A stretch of 51,200 nt of DNA, taken from assembly GCA_963978095.1 (NCBI GenBank), contig CAXBQP010000018.1, positions 1 to 51,200 of the forward strand, written 5' to 3'. This document shows positions 37,744-48,753 of this stretch, piece after piece. The notes below the pieces were generated by a model. It did not search any database, had not been told where the DNA came from, and saw nothing but the letters and a program-made list of their open reading frames with translations. This DNA is from an uncultured bacterium (GTDB lineage Bacteria > Gemmatimonadota > Gemmatimonadetes > Gemmatimonadales > Gemmatimonadaceae). The position numbers were made by a program, and so were the translations under genes. Each line of letters opens with the position of its first letter. Positions within the stretch are counted from its first letter, which is position 1.

Positions 37744-39714
37744 CTAGGGCTTGACCGGTGCGGCCAGGTACTTCGGATCCATCGCCGGATTGAGTCCCAC
37801 GTCGTCGAGGATGATCGTTCCGGCGACGCTCTTGTCGAACAGCAGGCGGATGGACCTCAGCCGGTCCGGATGGAACGCCGATGCGGCGGCCGTGAAATCG
37901 GCGAGGGGAAGCAGGAAGGACTGCGGGACGTATTCGAAGGTATTGGTGAACCGTTGTTCATCGCGGCCGGCGCGGCGATACAGATGCACCTCGAGCGGAC
38001 GGCGCACGGGGCCATAGCGGCTGATCGGCATCCGGGCCGTGTGGCCGTCGGCATCGCGGAGTTCCACGGTGAAATCGATCGGAATGGTGTCCGCTTCGTC
38101 CTTCTTTGGCGTCTTCGTGGCAGCCTTGGCGGAGTCCGCTGTCCGTTTCGCCGCGGCCGCCTCGGCCTTTCTGGTCGAGTCGGATTTCTTGGTGGTGTCC
38201 TTCGGGAGTGCGCGGGGGCCCGGTTTGTCCTTGGTGGGTGCGACCGAGAGGTACAGCACTCCCTGCTCGGTGACGTGCCACGCCTTCACCAGGGAATCCG
38301 CGAGCGTGAGCGTGTAACTCGCCGGCCGTCCCATCTTGGTGGTGTCCGGTCCGGCGATCCGATTGTTCCAGCCGATCCACACGGCGTTGTTCTTCTGATC
38401 GTCACCACCTTGGCCGCGGAAGGGAATCACATTCTCCTTCCACGTGCCGAGGCTGTCCGACTCGATGGTGACGCCGGGGGCGCCGGTGGTCACATCGATG
38501 TCTTCCTCGTAGTCCGCGAGCGTGCGGAATCCGCTTTCCATGAAGCGCGTGATGTACATCGACTTCGGGAACCAGTGTCCCGCCGTCCGATGATCGCGGA
38601 ACAGGGGGAGGTACTCGCTCTTCCCGTGCAGCGTGGCTTCGAGGAACGCCGAGATGACCAGCTTGCCCATCTGGCGTTGGTCCTCGATCGGCACGAGTGC
38701 GCCGAGTTCCAGGGAGCGGCCGCTTCGTGGACCGTTGTCCTTGTTCTGCCACACGCTGTTCCATTGGCCGTGATTGGCGCGGTACATGAAGAACATGGCC
38801 TTGACGTGCGGCTGGCCGTCCGTGAATCGGAGGCGTTCATACTGCCGCATGCCGACGGCCGTGGAGACGTCGCCGTCGTGCGATCCGTGCAACAACAGGT
38901 AGTTCACGTTCTCGAGCGGCGTGAACTTCGCCGCCGGCTTGTATTGGCCGTCCACCGGCGCGATCGCCACCACGCTCCGGATGTGGAACTGGAAGGCGAA
39001 CTTCTGCTTGGCGTCGTCGGGGTAGAACTTGAGCGTGTTGAAGGCGGCGGCGAGTGCCGCCGCCTCGCCGCCCCGCGAGTGGCCCATGACGGCGATCCGA
39101 TCCATGTCCACTTTGTGCGACAGCGGACCGGAGGCGGAGTCGTTGAAGCGCTTCCACTGCTCCAGATGCTTGAGCAGCAGCCACGCCCGTCCGTCGTTCT
39201 CGCCGGAGAGCCCATTGATGAAATTCTCGTCGACCGACGCGAGGATGAATCCGCGCGAGGCGAGGAGTTCTCCCAGATAGCCGTAGCCGGGATCCGAGAA
39301 ATCCTCGGCGTTGTGGTTGCCGTGCACCACCAACACCAACGGAAAGGGGCCCGCTCCTTCGGGATACCACACGCGCGCGTTGAGCGGGACCGCCTTCATG
39401 TCGAAGCCCCAGAAATCCTTGCGGTCCCCGGCGGCGGTGGGCGGAACGGTCACATACGGCGAGACATCGACCGGCTTGGTCTTGTACGTGACGGAGTCCT
39501 TGAACTCCTTGCGCTGCTTATCCGTGCCGGAGCCATAGAACATCCGCACGACTTTGAACGTCCCGGCATCCGCGGGATTCTCCGCGGTGATCGTCTGAAA
39601 GGCGAGCACGGAGGCCGAGTCGTCCTTGGAGAACTTGAGCGGCTGCGAGCAGCCGGCGAGACCGAGCGCGAGGCCGAGCGCCATCGCACGGCCCAGACAC
39701 GACGCCGACATCAT
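37744..39714 (-). CDS. Alpha/beta hydrolase lipoprotein (chlorophyllase/dienelactone-hydrolase-like)
   Basis: LAGC lipobox; FPLVLVVHGNH, GYGYLGELLASRGF, MGHSRGGEA, HDGDV and ANHGQWN; ATGA overlap with the upstream gene. Confidence 0.85.
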   Translation of the reverse strand: MMSASCLGRAMALGLALGLAGCSQPLKFSKDDSASVLAFQTITAENPADAGTFKVVRMFYGSGTDKQRKEFKDSVTYKTKPVDVSPYVTVPPTAAGDRKDFWGFDMKAVPLNARVWYPEGAGPFPLVLVVHGNHNAEDFSDPGYGYLGELLASRGFILASVDENFINGLSGENDGRAWLLLKHLEQWKRFNDSASGPLSHKVDMDRIAVMGHSRGGEAAALAAAFNTLKFYPDDAKQKFAFQFHIRSVVAIAPVDGQYKPAAKFTPLENVNYLLLHGSHDGDVSTAVGMRQYERLRFTDGQPHVKAMFFMYRANHGQWNSVWQNKDNGPRSGRSLELGALVPIEDQRQMGKLVISAFLEATLHGKSEYLPLFRDHRTAGHWFPKSMYITRFMESGFRTLADYEEDIDVTTGAPGVTIESDSLGTWKENVIPFRGQGGDDQKNNAVWIGWNNRIAGPDTTKMGRPASYTLTLADSLVKAWHVTEQGVLYLSVAPTKDKPGPRALPKDTTKKSDSTRKAEAAAAKRTADSAKAATKTPKKDEADTIPIDFTVELRDADGHTARMPISRYGPVRRPLEVHLYRRAGRDEQRFTNTFEYVPQSFLLPLADFTAAASAFHPDRLRSIRLLFDKSVAGTIILDDVGLNPAMDPKYLAAPVKP

Positions 39715-40679
39715 CGCCACCGCACGGTCAGGCGGTGCCCCATGCGGGCCTCGGTGAAGAAGGACGCTCCGTAATCCAGCGTGAGTCGATCCGCGCTGAA
39801 GGAGAATCCGGCGCCCGCCGGTTTCTCGTCATCGCTTTCCGTGCGATGTGCGCCGGCGCGCAGCGTGACATTGTAGCCGTCGATCCAACTCCATCCCATC
39901 TCGAATCCGGCGGCCGGAGACACCCAACCGCCGCGCCGCGCGGTCACCTGCGTGTGGAAGCCGTAATCGAACGCTCCCCAGGCATACTGTGCCGACCAGC
40001 CCAGGGCGAGCTGCGTGGGGACGCCATAGCGCGTGCCACGCAACACATACGGTTGCCCGATGTTCTGGAGTGAGAGTCCGGCGATCCCCGTCCAGAGCGG
40101 ATGCGACGTTCCGATGTCGAGCAGCCATGCGGCGCCGCGTGAGGGGAGTGCGACCACCGGCAGGTCGATCGAGTTCCGACGCACCAGATCCTCGGCGTAC
40201 TTCACCGAGGTCCCGACGCGGAATCCTTTGTAGGTCATCGCGCCGGAGATCAGCGCCACCAAGCTGAACTGATCCGATTCCCCGTTCGTCACGAGATCAG
40301 CGGGGAGCGTCGGATACGCGGCACCGGTGCGCGGCGCGACGAAATCCACGGCCTGCACGGCCCACCCGAGCGTGACGGGGCCCATGGTCGATGCGGACGC
40401 GGCGGCCATCGCGCGCGTGGCGGGGCCGTAGGTGGCGATCGTGAGCCCGAAACCCGTGGTCGCCGTCAGCCGCGCCGCGTTCTGAAAGACGGCGTATTCG
40501 TCGCGACCGGCCACGCCGGTGTTGCCGAGTGCCGCCGAGCGGGCGGACGTGGGAAGCAGCAGCGCCAGCGGGCCGGCTTCCTGGGTGACGCGCTGGCCGG
40601 CCGCCCTTGCAGGGCCCATGAGCAGGACCGCGGCCGCGCAGGACAGAACCATGGTGCTGGGGAATCGATCACGTCGCAT
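39711..40679 (-). CDS. PorV/PorQ-like (FadL-superfamily) outer-membrane beta-barrel
   Basis: Signal peptide; LLLPTSARSAALGNTGVA..AVFQNAARL N-terminal signature; amphipathic strands; LRAG, GAGF and LTLDYG. Confidence 0.7.
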   Translation of the reverse strand: MRRDRFPSTMVLSCAAAVLLMGPARAAGQRVTQEAGPLALLLPTSARSAALGNTGVAGRDEYAVFQNAARLTATTGFGLTIATYGPATRAMAAASASTMGPVTLGWAVQAVDFVAPRTGAAYPTLPADLVTNGESDQFSLVALISGAMTYKGFRVGTSVKYAEDLVRRNSIDLPVVALPSRGAAWLLDIGTSHPLWTGIAGLSLQNIGQPYVLRGTRYGVPTQLALGWSAQYAWGAFDYGFHTQVTARRGGWVSPAAGFEMGWSWIDGYNVTLRAGAHRTESDDEKPAGAGFSFSADRLTLDYGASFFTEARMGHRLTVRWR

Positions 40680-40727
40680 CGAACGAAGGTGAAGGACGGT
40701 GGACGGCGACGGAAGGGGTGGGTGAAA

Positions 40728-42967
40728 TCATTCGTCTCGCGTACCGACGAGCACGGCGCCCTTGGCCAGCCGCGCCTGGTAGTCGCTCCCGATCTTCCGG
40801 ACCGCGGCGCCGGTCCACCGGACGCGCGCGCCGTCGAACGGATCGCGCACGCGGAGCACGCCACCTACGGTACTCGTGATCCGAACCGTTCGGGTGCGGC
40901 CTGCCACGCGGCTTGCGCTGACGCTCCATCCGCCCTCGGCGCGCAGGTCGCGGAACTGCGCATCGGGCCATCGCGTGCTGACCGCAGGGAACACACGAAC
41001 GACGCCACCCCAGCTCTGCAGCAACATCTCCTGTGCGGCTTCGAGGGCCAGGAAGTTCCCTTCCAGCGTGAACGGCCGGTAATGCGCATTCGAGAGGCCC
41101 AGCCGCGTCTGCTCGCCATTGGCATGGAAGCCGTTGCGCAGCAGGAAGCCCCGACGATAGTCCTCGAGATACCGCAGCGCGTCATCGCCGCGTCCGGTGC
41201 GCGCGAGCATCGCGCTGTACCACGCGAAGCTGTAGCCCATCCATTCTCCCGTGCCGAACTGCCGGAGTTGATCCACCGTGCGGCGGATCGTGCCGGTGTC
41301 CGCTGTCGCATCCATGGTCAGCAGGCCGAGCGGATGGATCGCCATCGCATTGGAAAAGTGGCGGTGTGACTCCGCCAAGGGGATCCCCGCGGCGACGGCG
41401 AGCCCGCCACTCGTTGCATCAATCGCCAGCGGGTCCAGTCGGGCGCCGGTGGTCCGCCAGCGACGAGCGGCCGCGTGGTCGCCCAGGGTCGTCGCCATGG
41501 AGTCCAGGGTTTCGAACACCCAATGCAGCAGCGACAGGTCGAAGTTCGATGGGCTCGGCAGCCACGCCTTCATGCTGTTGTCGTACAGTTCCGGGCTCGT
41601 CGACAGCGGCAACCGCAGCGTGCCGTCGGCGGTCGGCCGCAGCAGGCCGCTGATGGCCCGTCCGAGGTCGGTGACGAACGGATAGGCCCGTTCACGCAGG
41701 AACCGTCGATCCTGCGAGTAGCGCCACTCGAGCGCGAACGATTGTGCGACCCAGAGCCCCATGGTCGGCGAGAGGGAATACTGTCCCCAGCCGCCGAGCG
41801 GGAGTCCGTCGATGGCCATGACCCCCGGGATCGCCGCACCGTCGACGCCGTAGAAGTCACGGGCGAACCGTCGGTACCTCGGCAACAATCGCCACTGGTA
41901 GTCGAGCCACCCGCGCATCGCCTCGCGCGCGCCCGAGGCGTGCGCAGCGAGGTAGGTCATCTGGGTGTTGAGGTCGTTGTGGATGTCCCCTTTCCATGGC
42001 GGAAGCGCATTCCCATCGGCGGTCCACACGCCCTGCAGCGGGATCGGTGGCGTGCCGCCCGTGCGGCCGCGCCGTAGAAGTACTGCACCAGGTCGAGGTG
42101 CGCTTGCAACGCGGAATCCGGAACCGTGAGCGAGGCGACCGACCGCCAATAGTCGGTCCACCACCGCTCGTGTGCCTGCACCATGGCGCCGTAGCCGCGA
42201 TCCAGCGCGCGCGCGAGTCGCGCCTTCGCGATCCCCACGGGCGAGGCGCCATCACGTGTGGTCGCGATGGTGATGGCGAGCGTGGTGATCGAATCGCGAC
42301 GCCGCTGCGCGATGGCGACGACATACCGAAGTCCTTCCGTGGTGCGCTGCTCCATCCATTGGTCGCGCGTCGTCGCGGTCGTGTCCCCTCCACGCGTGGC
42401 GGATGTGTATCCCAGTTTGTCGAGCGATGCCGGTCGGACGATCTCCACCGCCTGGAGTCCGGGCACGGAAAAGAGTGCCACGGTGTCGCGAGCACTGAAG
42501 AATCCCCGCACGACACCGCTGGACAACGCCACCTCAGCTTCCGCCCGCGCGAGGTCGAGGGAGAACTGTCGCGCCACGCGTGAGGGGTCGAGCGTGATGA
42601 CGACGCGACCTCCGGGAAGTTTGGTCGGATAGGGAATCCGGTCGTACGGCTCGTCGAAACGGAGGTGCAGGGAATCCTCCTTCCGCTGGGCGACGAGTCG
42701 CTGAACGTCCGCCCAGCGGTAGCCATCGCTGCCGTAGCGCGCTGCCGGTCGGAGATCCCACAGGTCGCCCCGATCGAGCGAGATATTGAGGCGCGAATCG
42801 CCGCCCCACAGGAGCCCTCCCAGCAGTCCGTTCCCAAGCGGAATCGCTTCGTCCCACGTGGCGATGGGGGCGACAAGATGCGGATTCGACCTGGGCGACG
42901 GCTGCGCCGACAGCGCGCCGAGCGCGATGGTGAGCGGAAGCAGGGAAATCGTGGGGAGGCGTCGCAT
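40728..42967 (-). pseudogene. Glycoside hydrolase family 95-like (alpha-L-fucosidase-like) gene interrupted by a 1-nt frameshift near 42059 (may be a sequencing error)
   Basis: N-part has a signal peptide and WDEAIPLGNG..DRGDLWD. C-part in another frame has PIPLQGVW, WKGDIHNDLNTQMTY, STSPE, SHRHFS, FTLEGN and EMLLQS. One extra G joins the frames as YGAAARGGTPPIPLQG. Confidence 0.85.
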
Positions 42968-42978
42968 GGCTCGGATGG

Positions 42979-44928
42979 TCAGCCCGCGGCCCCGATCATT
43001 TCGAGTTCCTCCCACCGGGCGGTCGCGGCGGCGATCGCGGTCTCGAGCGCCGCGAGGCGGCCGTGCGAGGCGATCACCGCCGCGCCGTCGCGCAGGAACG
43101 CGGGGTCGGCGAGCCGTTCGTACAGTAGCGTGCGCTCCTGTTCCAGCGTATCGATGGCATCGGGAAGGCCGGCGAGCTCCGCTTTCTCCTTGAAGGTCAA
43201 CCGCCGCGGTTTCGCGTTCTTGGCAGCCGGTGGTGCGGCCGGTGGTGCGGTTGGGACCGGACTCGCGGATCCCGTCGGCGCCCGCGACGCGCGGACGGTG
43301 GACGGGGAAGTCGTGCTGCGCGTCGAGCGCTGCCGCACCCAGTCCGTGTAGCCGCCGACGTACTCCCCGACGTGGCCGCCCCCCTCGAAGACCAACGTGC
43401 TGGTCACGACGTTGTCGAGGAACGCCCGGTCGTGACTCACCACGAGCAACGTGCCCGAGAACTCGAGCAGGAGTTCCTCCAGCAGGTCGAGCGTCTCGAT
43501 ATCGAGGTCGTTCGTCGGCTCGTCGAGCACGAGCACATTGAACGGGCGCGTGAACAGCCGTGCGAGCAACAGCCGGTTCCGTTCACCGCCGGAGAGGGTG
43601 CGCACCGGTGTGCGCACCCGATCGGCGCCGAACAGGAAATCCTGCAGATAGCTCATCACATGCTTCTTGTTCCCGCCGATATCCACCCAGTCGGCCCCGT
43701 CGGCGATACTGTCGAACACGCTCTGCTCGGGGTCGAGCTGATCCCGGAGTTGGTCGAAATACGCGATCGCGAGCCCCGTCCCCAGCCGCATAGTACCACG
43801 GTCCGGCGTGAGCTCGCCGAGCAGCAGGCGCAGGAGCGTGGTCTTCCCGGATCCATTCGGGCCGATCAACCCGACGCGATCCCCGCGCGTGATCGTGGTG
43901 GAACACTCGCGCACGATGACCTTCGCGCCGCGCGAAAAGCTCAGCCCGCGCGCCTCAGCGACCAACCGCCCCGACCGCTCGGCGACCTGCATTTCCATCT
44001 GCGCCGCGCCCACGCGTTCGCGACGCTTGCTCCGCTCCACGCGGAGCGCTTCGAGATTCCGGACCCGTCCTTCGTTCCGCGTCCGGCGTGCCTGGATGCC
44101 CGTGCGGATCCACACTTCCTCTTTGGCGAGCTTGCGGTCGAACTCGGCGAACTCCCGCTCCTCGACCGCGAGCGCCGCCTCCTTGCGCACGAGATAGGAA
44201 TCGTAGTCGGTCCCCCAGTCCACGAGGCGACCACGATCCAACTCCACGATCCGGGTGGCGACCGTGCGCAGAAAGGCCCGGTCGTGGGTGACGAAGACGA
44301 TCGTCATGCCGCGATCCACCAGGAACTCCTCCATCCACTCCACGGCTTCGACATCCAGGTGGTTGGTGGGCTCGTCGAGCAGCAGGACATCGGGCTCTCG
44401 CACGAGGGCACGCGCCAGGAGGGTCTGACGCTTCCGGCCACCGGAGGCGGAGGCGAAGGGAAGATCGGCGTCGAGGGCGAGATGTTCGAGGACGGTGTCG
44501 ACCCGGGATTGCATCTCCCACGCATCGGCCGCGTCGAGCGCCTGATGCAGACGGTCCAGCTCTTTGAGCGCACTCTCACTTCCCGGTGCGCCCGCCAGCG
44601 TGCTGACGCGGTGGCTGGCCTCATGATAGCGAGAGAGAAGCGTGCCGGCGTCACCCAGTCCGCCGGCGACGACCTCGAAGATCGTCCCCTCGACATCGTC
44701 GGGCACCTGTTGCTCGAGCCGCGTGACCGTGACGCCCGTCTGACGAATCACCTCACCGTCGGCCGGCGACAGCTCGCCGTCCAACAGCTTGAGGACGGTG
44801 CTCTTCCCGGCACCATTCCGGCCGAGCAAACAGACGCGTTCGCCGCGCTCGATCGCAAAGCGGGCACGATCCAGGACCGGGGGGCCACCGAAGGCCAGCG
44901 TGACATCCTGCATGCCGAGCAGCGCCAT
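42979..44928 (-). CDS. uup: ABC-F family ATPase Uup
   Basis: Two ABC domains (GRNGAGKST, LLLDEPTNHLD; GPNGSGKTT, LSGGERNR, LDEPTNDLD); linker EEVWIRTGIQARRTRNEGRVR; C-terminal coiled coil ending RWEELE. Confidence 0.93.
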   Translation of the reverse strand: MALLGMQDVTLAFGGPPVLDRARFAIERGERVCLLGRNGAGKSTVLKLLDGELSPADGEVIRQTGVTVTRLEQQVPDDVEGTIFEVVAGGLGDAGTLLSRYHEASHRVSTLAGAPGSESALKELDRLHQALDAADAWEMQSRVDTVLEHLALDADLPFASASGGRKRQTLLARALVREPDVLLLDEPTNHLDVEAVEWMEEFLVDRGMTIVFVTHDRAFLRTVATRIVELDRGRLVDWGTDYDSYLVRKEAALAVEEREFAEFDRKLAKEEVWIRTGIQARRTRNEGRVRNLEALRVERSKRRERVGAAQMEMQVAERSGRLVAEARGLSFSRGAKVIVRECSTTITRGDRVGLIGPNGSGKTTLLRLLLGELTPDRGTMRLGTGLAIAYFDQLRDQLDPEQSVFDSIADGADWVDIGGNKKHVMSYLQDFLFGADRVRTPVRTLSGGERNRLLLARLFTRPFNVLVLDEPTNDLDIETLDLLEELLLEFSGTLLVVSHDRAFLDNVVTSTLVFEGGGHVGEYVGGYTDWVRQRSTRSTTSPSTVRASRAPTGSASPVPTAPPAAPPAAKNAKPRRLTFKEKAELAGLPDAIDTLEQERTLLYERLADPAFLRDGAAVIASHGRLAALETAIAAATARWEELEMIGAAG

Positions 44929-45037
44929 GGCGCGAAATATGACCGATCGCACCTCGCTCGTGGGACCTGCGCGGGGCCGCGGTGGCCGCCCGCGTCCCCG
45001 CTGGCGCCCGGCTCGCGGATGTGTCATCCTCCGGATT

Positions 45038-47461
45038 ATGACCCGTCACCCCTTCCTGACACTCGCGCTCGCCGGATGCTTCGCGAGCCCACTCGCGACA
45101 CCGCTCACGGCGCAAGCCGTCGATACCCTGCACACCGCCGGCCTCGTTGCACCGGTCGAAGTCGTGCGGGATCGACGCGGGATCTCGCACATCTACGCCA
45201 AGAACGAGCACGACCTGTTCTTCACGCAAGGCTACGTGGCCGCCCGTGACCGCCTCTTCCAACTCGAATTGTGGCGGCGTCAGGCCACGGGAACGGTCGC
45301 CGAACTCCTGGGTCCGCGTGAGCTGCAGCGCGACATCGGGGCGCGACTGTTCGCGTTCCGGGGCGACATGACCAAGGAGCTGTCGCATTACCACCCGCGG
45401 AGCCGCACGATCATCGGCGCCTTCGTCGATGGCGTGAATGCATACATCGCCGCCACGGAACGCGACCCCGCACTCTTGCCGGTCGAGTTCCGCTTGCTCG
45501 ACACCAAGCCCGGTCGTTGGACCCCGGCGATCGTCATCTCGCGTCACGGCGGACTCCTCGGCAACATCGAGCAGGAGCTGTCAATCACGCGGGCGGTGGC
45601 AGCGGTCGGGGCGCCCACGGTGAAGTCACTGTGGAGCTTTCATCCCGGCGATCCGGAGCTTGCGATTGACCCGGCAATCGACCCGTCGCTCCTCTCCGCC
45701 AAGATCCTCGATCTGTACCGCGCCTACCGTGCGCCGGTGCGTTTTCAACCCTCCGACGTGAAGCTGGCCGCACGCAACAGCACGGAGAGTTGGAAGTCCC
45801 TCGCCGCCGCCTCGCAGGCGGCCTACGATGACGTGCAACGGCATCAGGCGCGGGACATCGGGAGCAACAACTGGGTCGTGGGCGGCGCGCGGAGTGCGAG
45901 TGGCAAGCCACTGCTCGCCAATGATCCACATCGCACGCAGGCGTCGCCGTCGTTGCGGTACTGGGTGCATCTCGTGGCCCCGGGGTGGAACGTGATCGGC
46001 GGTGGTGAGCCCGAGATCCCCGGCGTGTCGATCGGGCACAATGAGTTCGGGGCGTGGGGGCTCACGATCTTCGCGACCGACGGCGAGGACCTCTACGTCT
46101 ATCAGACCAACCCGACGAACCCGCGCGAATATCGTTATAAAGGGGCGTGGGAAGCGATGCGCACGGTCACGGAAACGATTCCGGTGAAGGGCGCGGCCCC
46201 GACCACGGTGCCGCTGCGTTACACGCGGCATGGACCGGTGGTGTATGAAGACACGGTGCACCACGTCGCGTATGCGGTGCGTGCTGCCTGGCTCGAGCCC
46301 GGGGCGTCGCCGTACCTCGCCAGTCTCCGGATGGATCAGGCCAAAACCTGGGCGGAGTTCCGCGCGGCCTGCGCGGCGAGCTTCATTCCGGGCGAGAACA
46401 TGATCTGGGCCGATCGCACGGGGCACATCGGGTGGCAGTCCGTCGGGATCGCGCCGATCCGCAAGAACTGGAGTGGGCTCGTCGCCGTGCCCGGCGATGG
46501 CCGGTTCGAATGGAACGGGTTCCTCCCTATCCTCGAGAAACCGCACACCACGGACCCCGCCGAAGGGTTCATCGCGACCGCCAACAACGATTTGATCCCG
46601 CGCGGGTATGCGCACATGGACGCCGTGGGCTTCGAGTGGACGGATCCCTACCGGTGGGAGCGGATCGCCGAGGTCCTGCGCGCCGGGAGCAAGCTCACGG
46701 TGGAGGACATGACACGCCTGCAGACCGACTACACGTCGCTCCCGGCACGTCAGTTGGTGCCGCTGCTCTCCAGCGTGTCATCCGTCAATGCCGCGTCGGA
46801 GTCCGCGCGTCGCGCGTTGGTGGCGTGGGATCGCGTGCTGGGGGCCAGCTCCACCGCGGCGGGGATCTACGAGGCGTGGTATCGTGCGCTCGCGGATGAT
46901 CTGACGAAGCGCATGGTTCCCGAGTCCATCAAGGCGTATCTCACGACGCTCTCCACGGGGCGCGTGGTGGAGCTGCTCACGACGCCCAACACGCGCGTGA
47001 CCACCGCCGCGCGGGATTCGATCGTGTTGCGCGCGCTCGATGTGGCCGTCGCCGATCTCACCAAGCGCTTCGGGGCGGATCCCGCCAAGTGGCAGTATGG
47101 TCAGGCGGGGTACCACCACGCGCTCATCACGCACCCCTTGAGTCCGGCGGTGAACGCCGAGTGGCGCACGCGACTGGACGTCGGCCCCGCCCCGCGCGGC
47201 GGTGATGCCACGACCGTCGGCGCGACCGGGAATGGCGGCAATCAGACCTCAGGGGCGTCGTTCCGTATGGTCGTCGACCTCGCCGATTGGGAACGCACGG
47301 TCGGCACGAACACCCCGGGACAGTCGGGGGACCCGACGAATCCGCACTATCGCGATCTCTTTGCCGGGTGGGCGGAGGACACGTTTTTCTCCGTGCCGTA
47401 CGGACGTGCGCAGGTGCTGAAGGTCGCGGAGCACCGCTCCGTGATGCTCCCCCAGCGATGA
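45038..47461 (+). CDS. Penicillin acylase family Ntn-hydrolase, exported
   Basis: RDRRGISHIYA, QGYVAARDRLFQL, GSNNWVV (nucleophile Ser), LANDPH, ATANN and PGQSGDP.NPHYRD. Confidence 0.95.
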   Translation: MTRHPFLTLALAGCFASPLATPLTAQAVDTLHTAGLVAPVEVVRDRRGISHIYAKNEHDLFFTQGYVAARDRLFQLELWRRQATGTVAELLGPRELQRDIGARLFAFRGDMTKELSHYHPRSRTIIGAFVDGVNAYIAATERDPALLPVEFRLLDTKPGRWTPAIVISRHGGLLGNIEQELSITRAVAAVGAPTVKSLWSFHPGDPELAIDPAIDPSLLSAKILDLYRAYRAPVRFQPSDVKLAARNSTESWKSLAAASQAAYDDVQRHQARDIGSNNWVVGGARSASGKPLLANDPHRTQASPSLRYWVHLVAPGWNVIGGGEPEIPGVSIGHNEFGAWGLTIFATDGEDLYVYQTNPTNPREYRYKGAWEAMRTVTETIPVKGAAPTTVPLRYTRHGPVVYEDTVHHVAYAVRAAWLEPGASPYLASLRMDQAKTWAEFRAACAASFIPGENMIWADRTGHIGWQSVGIAPIRKNWSGLVAVPGDGRFEWNGFLPILEKPHTTDPAEGFIATANNDLIPRGYAHMDAVGFEWTDPYRWERIAEVLRAGSKLTVEDMTRLQTDYTSLPARQLVPLLSSVSSVNAASESARRALVAWDRVLGASSTAAGIYEAWYRALADDLTKRMVPESIKAYLTTLSTGRVVELLTTPNTRVTTAARDSIVLRALDVAVADLTKRFGADPAKWQYGQAGYHHALITHPLSPAVNAEWRTRLDVGPAPRGGDATTVGATGNGGNQTSGASFRMVVDLADWERTVGTNTPGQSGDPTNPHYRDLFAGWAEDTFFSVPYGRAQVLKVAEHRSVMLPQR

Positions 47462-48732
47462 TCAACCTGTCGATGCTCCGCCGAGCGCTCGCGTTCGTGC
47501 TCCCTGTCGCGCTCCCCGTGCAGCCGGGATCGTATTCGCCGCACGAGGAGCTGCGGGTCCCGGCCTTCACGGCCTATCTGCTTCCCGACGCCGATGTGGC
47601 CCGTGTCTCGCAGAATCGCCCGATCCTTCCCCTGGGTACGCGGGGGTCGAGCATCGTCTGGTGGGGACAGCTCACCGCGCGCGGCTCGGTGAGTGCGTCG
47701 GTGGCGCTGCAGTTGCCGAAGGGGGAACATGCCACGCTGCGTCTGACGGTCGGAACGGAGCATCGCGACGTCGCGGTCGACGGTGACGGGACGGAGTCGC
47801 GTGCTCCATTCGGCGCCTTCTCTGTGACCGATACGGGCTACGTGAAGTTCGCACTCTCGACCGCCGATGGCGCTCCGGTACCCGCGCTCGAGGTGAAGGC
47901 ATTGCTCATCGACGGTCCAGCGAGCGTCGGCGCGCACTTCAATCTCGACCCGCGCCGCAATGCCGCGAGCGTGCACCTGCGTTACCCGACGGACAGCACG
48001 GTGACCGTCACCGGCTTCTACGACGAAGTCACGGCGGTCGATGATCCGGTCACCACGTACTACATGGCCACCGGATTCGCCCGCGGCTATTTCGGGATGC
48101 AGGTGAACTCTCCCACGGAGCGCCGGATCATCTTCTCGGTGTGGGATGCGGCCAACGGCACGAATGCCAAGGACCGCAGCACGGTCTCGCCCGACAACTT
48201 CACGCAGCTCGTCGCCAAGGGCGAGGGGGTGGTGGCCGAGGTGTTCGGGAACGAGGGGACTGGCGGCCACTCGCACCTGGTCTACAACTGGAAGACCGGC
48301 ACTACCCAGAAGTTCTTCGTCACGGCGAAACCGGAGGGCGAGAACACGATCTACGCGGGCTACTGGTTCCACCCCGACAAGAATGCGTGGATGCTCATCG
48401 CGAGTTTCCGGGCGCCGAAGGACGGGCTCGGCTTGCGCCGCCTCTATTCCTTCAGCGAGAACTTCGGCGGCAACAACGGACATCTGCGCCGCAAGGCGCG
48501 CTTCGGCAATCAGTGGATCCGCCTCAGCGACGGTTCATGGAAGGAACTCACCACCGCGACCTTCAGCCACGATCCCACAGGAAAGGATGCGCGCCTCGAC
48601 CGCTTCATGGGAGTCGAGAACGGGGCCTTCTTCCTGAGTCATGGGGGATTCGTGCCCGGCTTCACGCTGATGGGGGCGCCGTTCACACGCGTGGCGGGCG
48701 GCATACCGCCGATGATCACGCTGCCGAAGTGA
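47458..48732 (+). CDS. DUF3472/DUF5077-domain exported protein
   Basis: RRNAASVHL, YYMATGFARGYFGMQVNSPTERRIIFSVWD, FGNEGTGGHS and LYSFSENF; ATGA overlap with the acylase gene. Confidence 0.8.
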   Translation: MINLSMLRRALAFVLPVALPVQPGSYSPHEELRVPAFTAYLLPDADVARVSQNRPILPLGTRGSSIVWWGQLTARGSVSASVALQLPKGEHATLRLTVGTEHRDVAVDGDGTESRAPFGAFSVTDTGYVKFALSTADGAPVPALEVKALLIDGPASVGAHFNLDPRRNAASVHLRYPTDSTVTVTGFYDEVTAVDDPVTTYYMATGFARGYFGMQVNSPTERRIIFSVWDAANGTNAKDRSTVSPDNFTQLVAKGEGVVAEVFGNEGTGGHSHLVYNWKTGTTQKFFVTAKPEGENTIYAGYWFHPDKNAWMLIASFRAPKDGLGLRRLYSFSENFGGNNGHLRRKARFGNQWIRLSDGSWKELTTATFSHDPTGKDARLDRFMGVENGAFFLSHGGFVPGFTLMGAPFTRVAGGIPPMITLPK

Positions 48733-48753
48733 GTACGCCTCGGCGTGGGGTCG

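Noticed and set aside
41957..42164. Two separate overlapping genes or a programmed frameshift in the GH95-like locus
   Set aside because: The halves are consecutive parts of one family, and no slippery heptamer is visible at the shift point.
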